Positions 62,070 to 64,000 of a DNA stretch of 64,000 bases are shown in pieces; position 1 is the stretch's first letter; each line of letters opens with the position of its first letter. The notes beneath the pieces are model-generated. The model did no database searches and was not told the DNA's origin. It was given only the letters and a program-made list of their open reading frames with translations. The position numbers and the translations under genes were made by a program. The stretch lies in NCBI GenBank assembly GCA_030141605.1, contig JAQGDQ010000009.1, positions 1 to 64,000 on the forward strand. Reading direction: 5' to 3'. This DNA is from Tubiluchus corallicola (taxonomy: Eukaryota > Animalia > Priapulida).

Positions 62070-62750
62070 TTATGCAATTCTAAGTTTTTTTGCAATTCAG
62101 TCAAATTGGTATCTAAGAGACATAACACAAGATATAATCAATACATTGTGCCTTTTTGTAAAACCAACATAGCTAAACATTTTATAATATTTCAAGGACC
62201 AAAAATCTGTAATGAGATCTGTCAATCTGCAAAAATAACAGCTTTATTACTAGATTTAAAAAATGCTAAAAAATCTAATTTGAAGTAAATACCAGAGAGT
62301 AATCAAAACTTCTATCAGTATCCATCCTCACAGTGGTGGCAAAACAGTCCAGGTATCTTAATCAAGTTATCTTAATTTGCATACGCGCATGCCTAATATT
62401 TTAACAAATAATAGTCTTTCTATCTTTTATATCATCTTATATATGACTTCATTCATCATATCATTCCATTCTGAAGCACTAAATGTTTTCCTTATTATGC
62501 AATTTCCGGCTTATTTTAATTACTTTTTGTTTCTTTCACAGTGTGGAACAATCTAACAAGCCCTGCTTTTTGATTGCCCGCAACACATTTACATTTGTTT
62601 ATAAGCAAACATGGTGTGAGGCTTTTCTTGTGCAGAGACAATAAAAATTTATTTGTATTGTGTTCATTGTAGGCCCTTTCACCATATATTGTACACGAAA
62701 CTATTGTAAATGTGACATGTGAAATAAATGACTTATGACTTACTTATTAT
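62070..62750 (+). mobile_element. 5'-truncated LINE remnant (CR1/L2-group ORF2 C-terminus and 3' UTR)
   Basis: Remnant RHNTRYNQYIVPFCKTNIAKHFIIFQGPKICNEI resembles the H.Y.TR...GP.IWN pattern at ORF2 ends; ends with AATAAA (62723) and a TGACTTA-type short tandem tail. Confidence 0.6.
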
Positions 62751-64000
62751 GTATATCATGTACGTACATAATTGCGTTCCTGTAGCGTGAGTAGACTGCA
62801 GGACTATAGTTATTATACTGAAAAATGGTCATGCCATTTTATGCAAAGCTATAGAAAACTTTTCGCAAAACATGAGCATATAAAATCTTCGTTTTTTGAA
62901 ATCTTTCTTCTGTTGCTGCTATTTTGTCTGCAAATCAAAAAGTCTTCCCAAGATTTTCCAACAGTGTCTTCAAGAAAATCACGTCCTGTAGCAGCCTAAT
63001 GTTACATTTTTAGTCAGTTAGTCAGGAGGAATTATTGTAAAAATGGGGGTTTGTGCCCAGTCGTTCTCACACATTTCTGAACTGTATGATGTGATCAACT
63101 CAAAACTAGGCTGGATAATTCTTTGGGATATGCCCCAGAACCTGCAGCAATAAAACCATTATTTTCAGGGTCCATCATAGTTAATTAATTAATTTTCAAA
63201 AGCCTGAAACTATGAAGTTACTTTGTATTTTTTTATCCACAAGAAGAGATAATTCGCCGTAATTAGTGAAAGTTCATTAAGAGGCATTCAAAAGAAAAGG
63301 CTTTACAAAAACTCGGCTACAACAAGTTATTGCCGTATTGGACTCTGCAGGATGCTCAGTATGGCCTGTTGAAATGCCAGCCCAATGATGATTTCTTAAC
63401 GTGATTAAGAGACTCATGGAGTCAATAATTCAAAATAAGAAGGTTGAATTCGATAGGGAATGCCTTAACGGTTACCACAGAAATCTCCTTCCTGTAGCTC
63501 TTGGAACAACAATTAAAACAGATGCAGTCAATTGCTCTATTGCAATTGCAGGAAATTTTTTTAAACCTAGCTCTACATTTGAGAAGCAGTGTATCGTGGA
63601 TCAAAACCATAGAGAAGCATGTTTAATATCAATAGGCCAAAGTTTTAGAACTCTATATACCCTGTATGATGACCATTTCAGGCTTTCAATTTCAAGTTAA
63701 TGAATATGTTCTTTAAAATTAGTATTAAAATCACACCCAGTTTCGTTGGTTTTGATAGATTTTGATGCGTGACAAATACATTATTATAGGTTTTCATAGA
63801 AATTGTTTTTAAAGATTTTATTAATTGTTCCTGTTCTTGCCTAGTAAACATTTCCGTAACCTTTTCCATAAACAGATGGTAAAGATAAATTTAATTACAT
63901 ATGACTTATTTATTTTGGATAATCAGTAATTAATCACTCTATTAATCCGCTGGTAATGTTTACGTAAGAAGTGCACGAAATGATGGAGCTGACTATCACT

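Noticed and set aside
63270-63870. Possible decayed coding or retroelement sequence (ORFs 63401-63700 and 63678-63869)
   Set aside because: No recognisable domain or reliable splice pattern; needs BLASTx.
1-64000. Prokaryotic systems, CRISPR arrays, rRNA or intact tRNA genes
   Set aside because: Spliceosomal gene structure throughout; no repeat-spacer array, operon or complete structural RNA seen. ASNA1 is the eukaryotic GET3, not a bacterial arsA.

Overview
AT-rich, intron-rich genomic DNA from an invertebrate animal; most short ORFs in the track are spurious or exon fragments. Four protein-coding genes were reconstructed by hand with phase-consistent splicing: (1) the last five coding exons of a cyclic nucleotide-gated (CNG) channel subunit resembling Drosophila CG42260 (+, 12451-23535; 5' part lies outside the window); (2) a complete 8-exon ASNA1/GET3 ATPase (-, 26123-33868); (3) a complete 17-exon HECTD3 E3 ligase (+, 35103-48123), head-to-head with ASNA1 and using one GC-AG intron; (4) a single-coding-exon 1475-aa protein with about 21 C2H2/C2HC zinc fingers (-, 50235-54662). 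Non-coding DNA is dense in non-autonomous DNA transposons (Kolobok-, hAT-, Harbinger- and Tc1/mariner-like), LINE 3' remnants and microsatellites. I found no new multi-gene system. The most unusual observations are a SUPERMAN-like ALGGHMNVH finger and mirrored terminal finger triads in the zinc-finger protein, a 176-bp spacerless palindrome, an inverted pair of minimal-hammerhead-like motifs, and inverted transposon copies flanking an in-frame two-exon block of the channel gene. All alignments and family calls were made by eye or from recall, without database searches.
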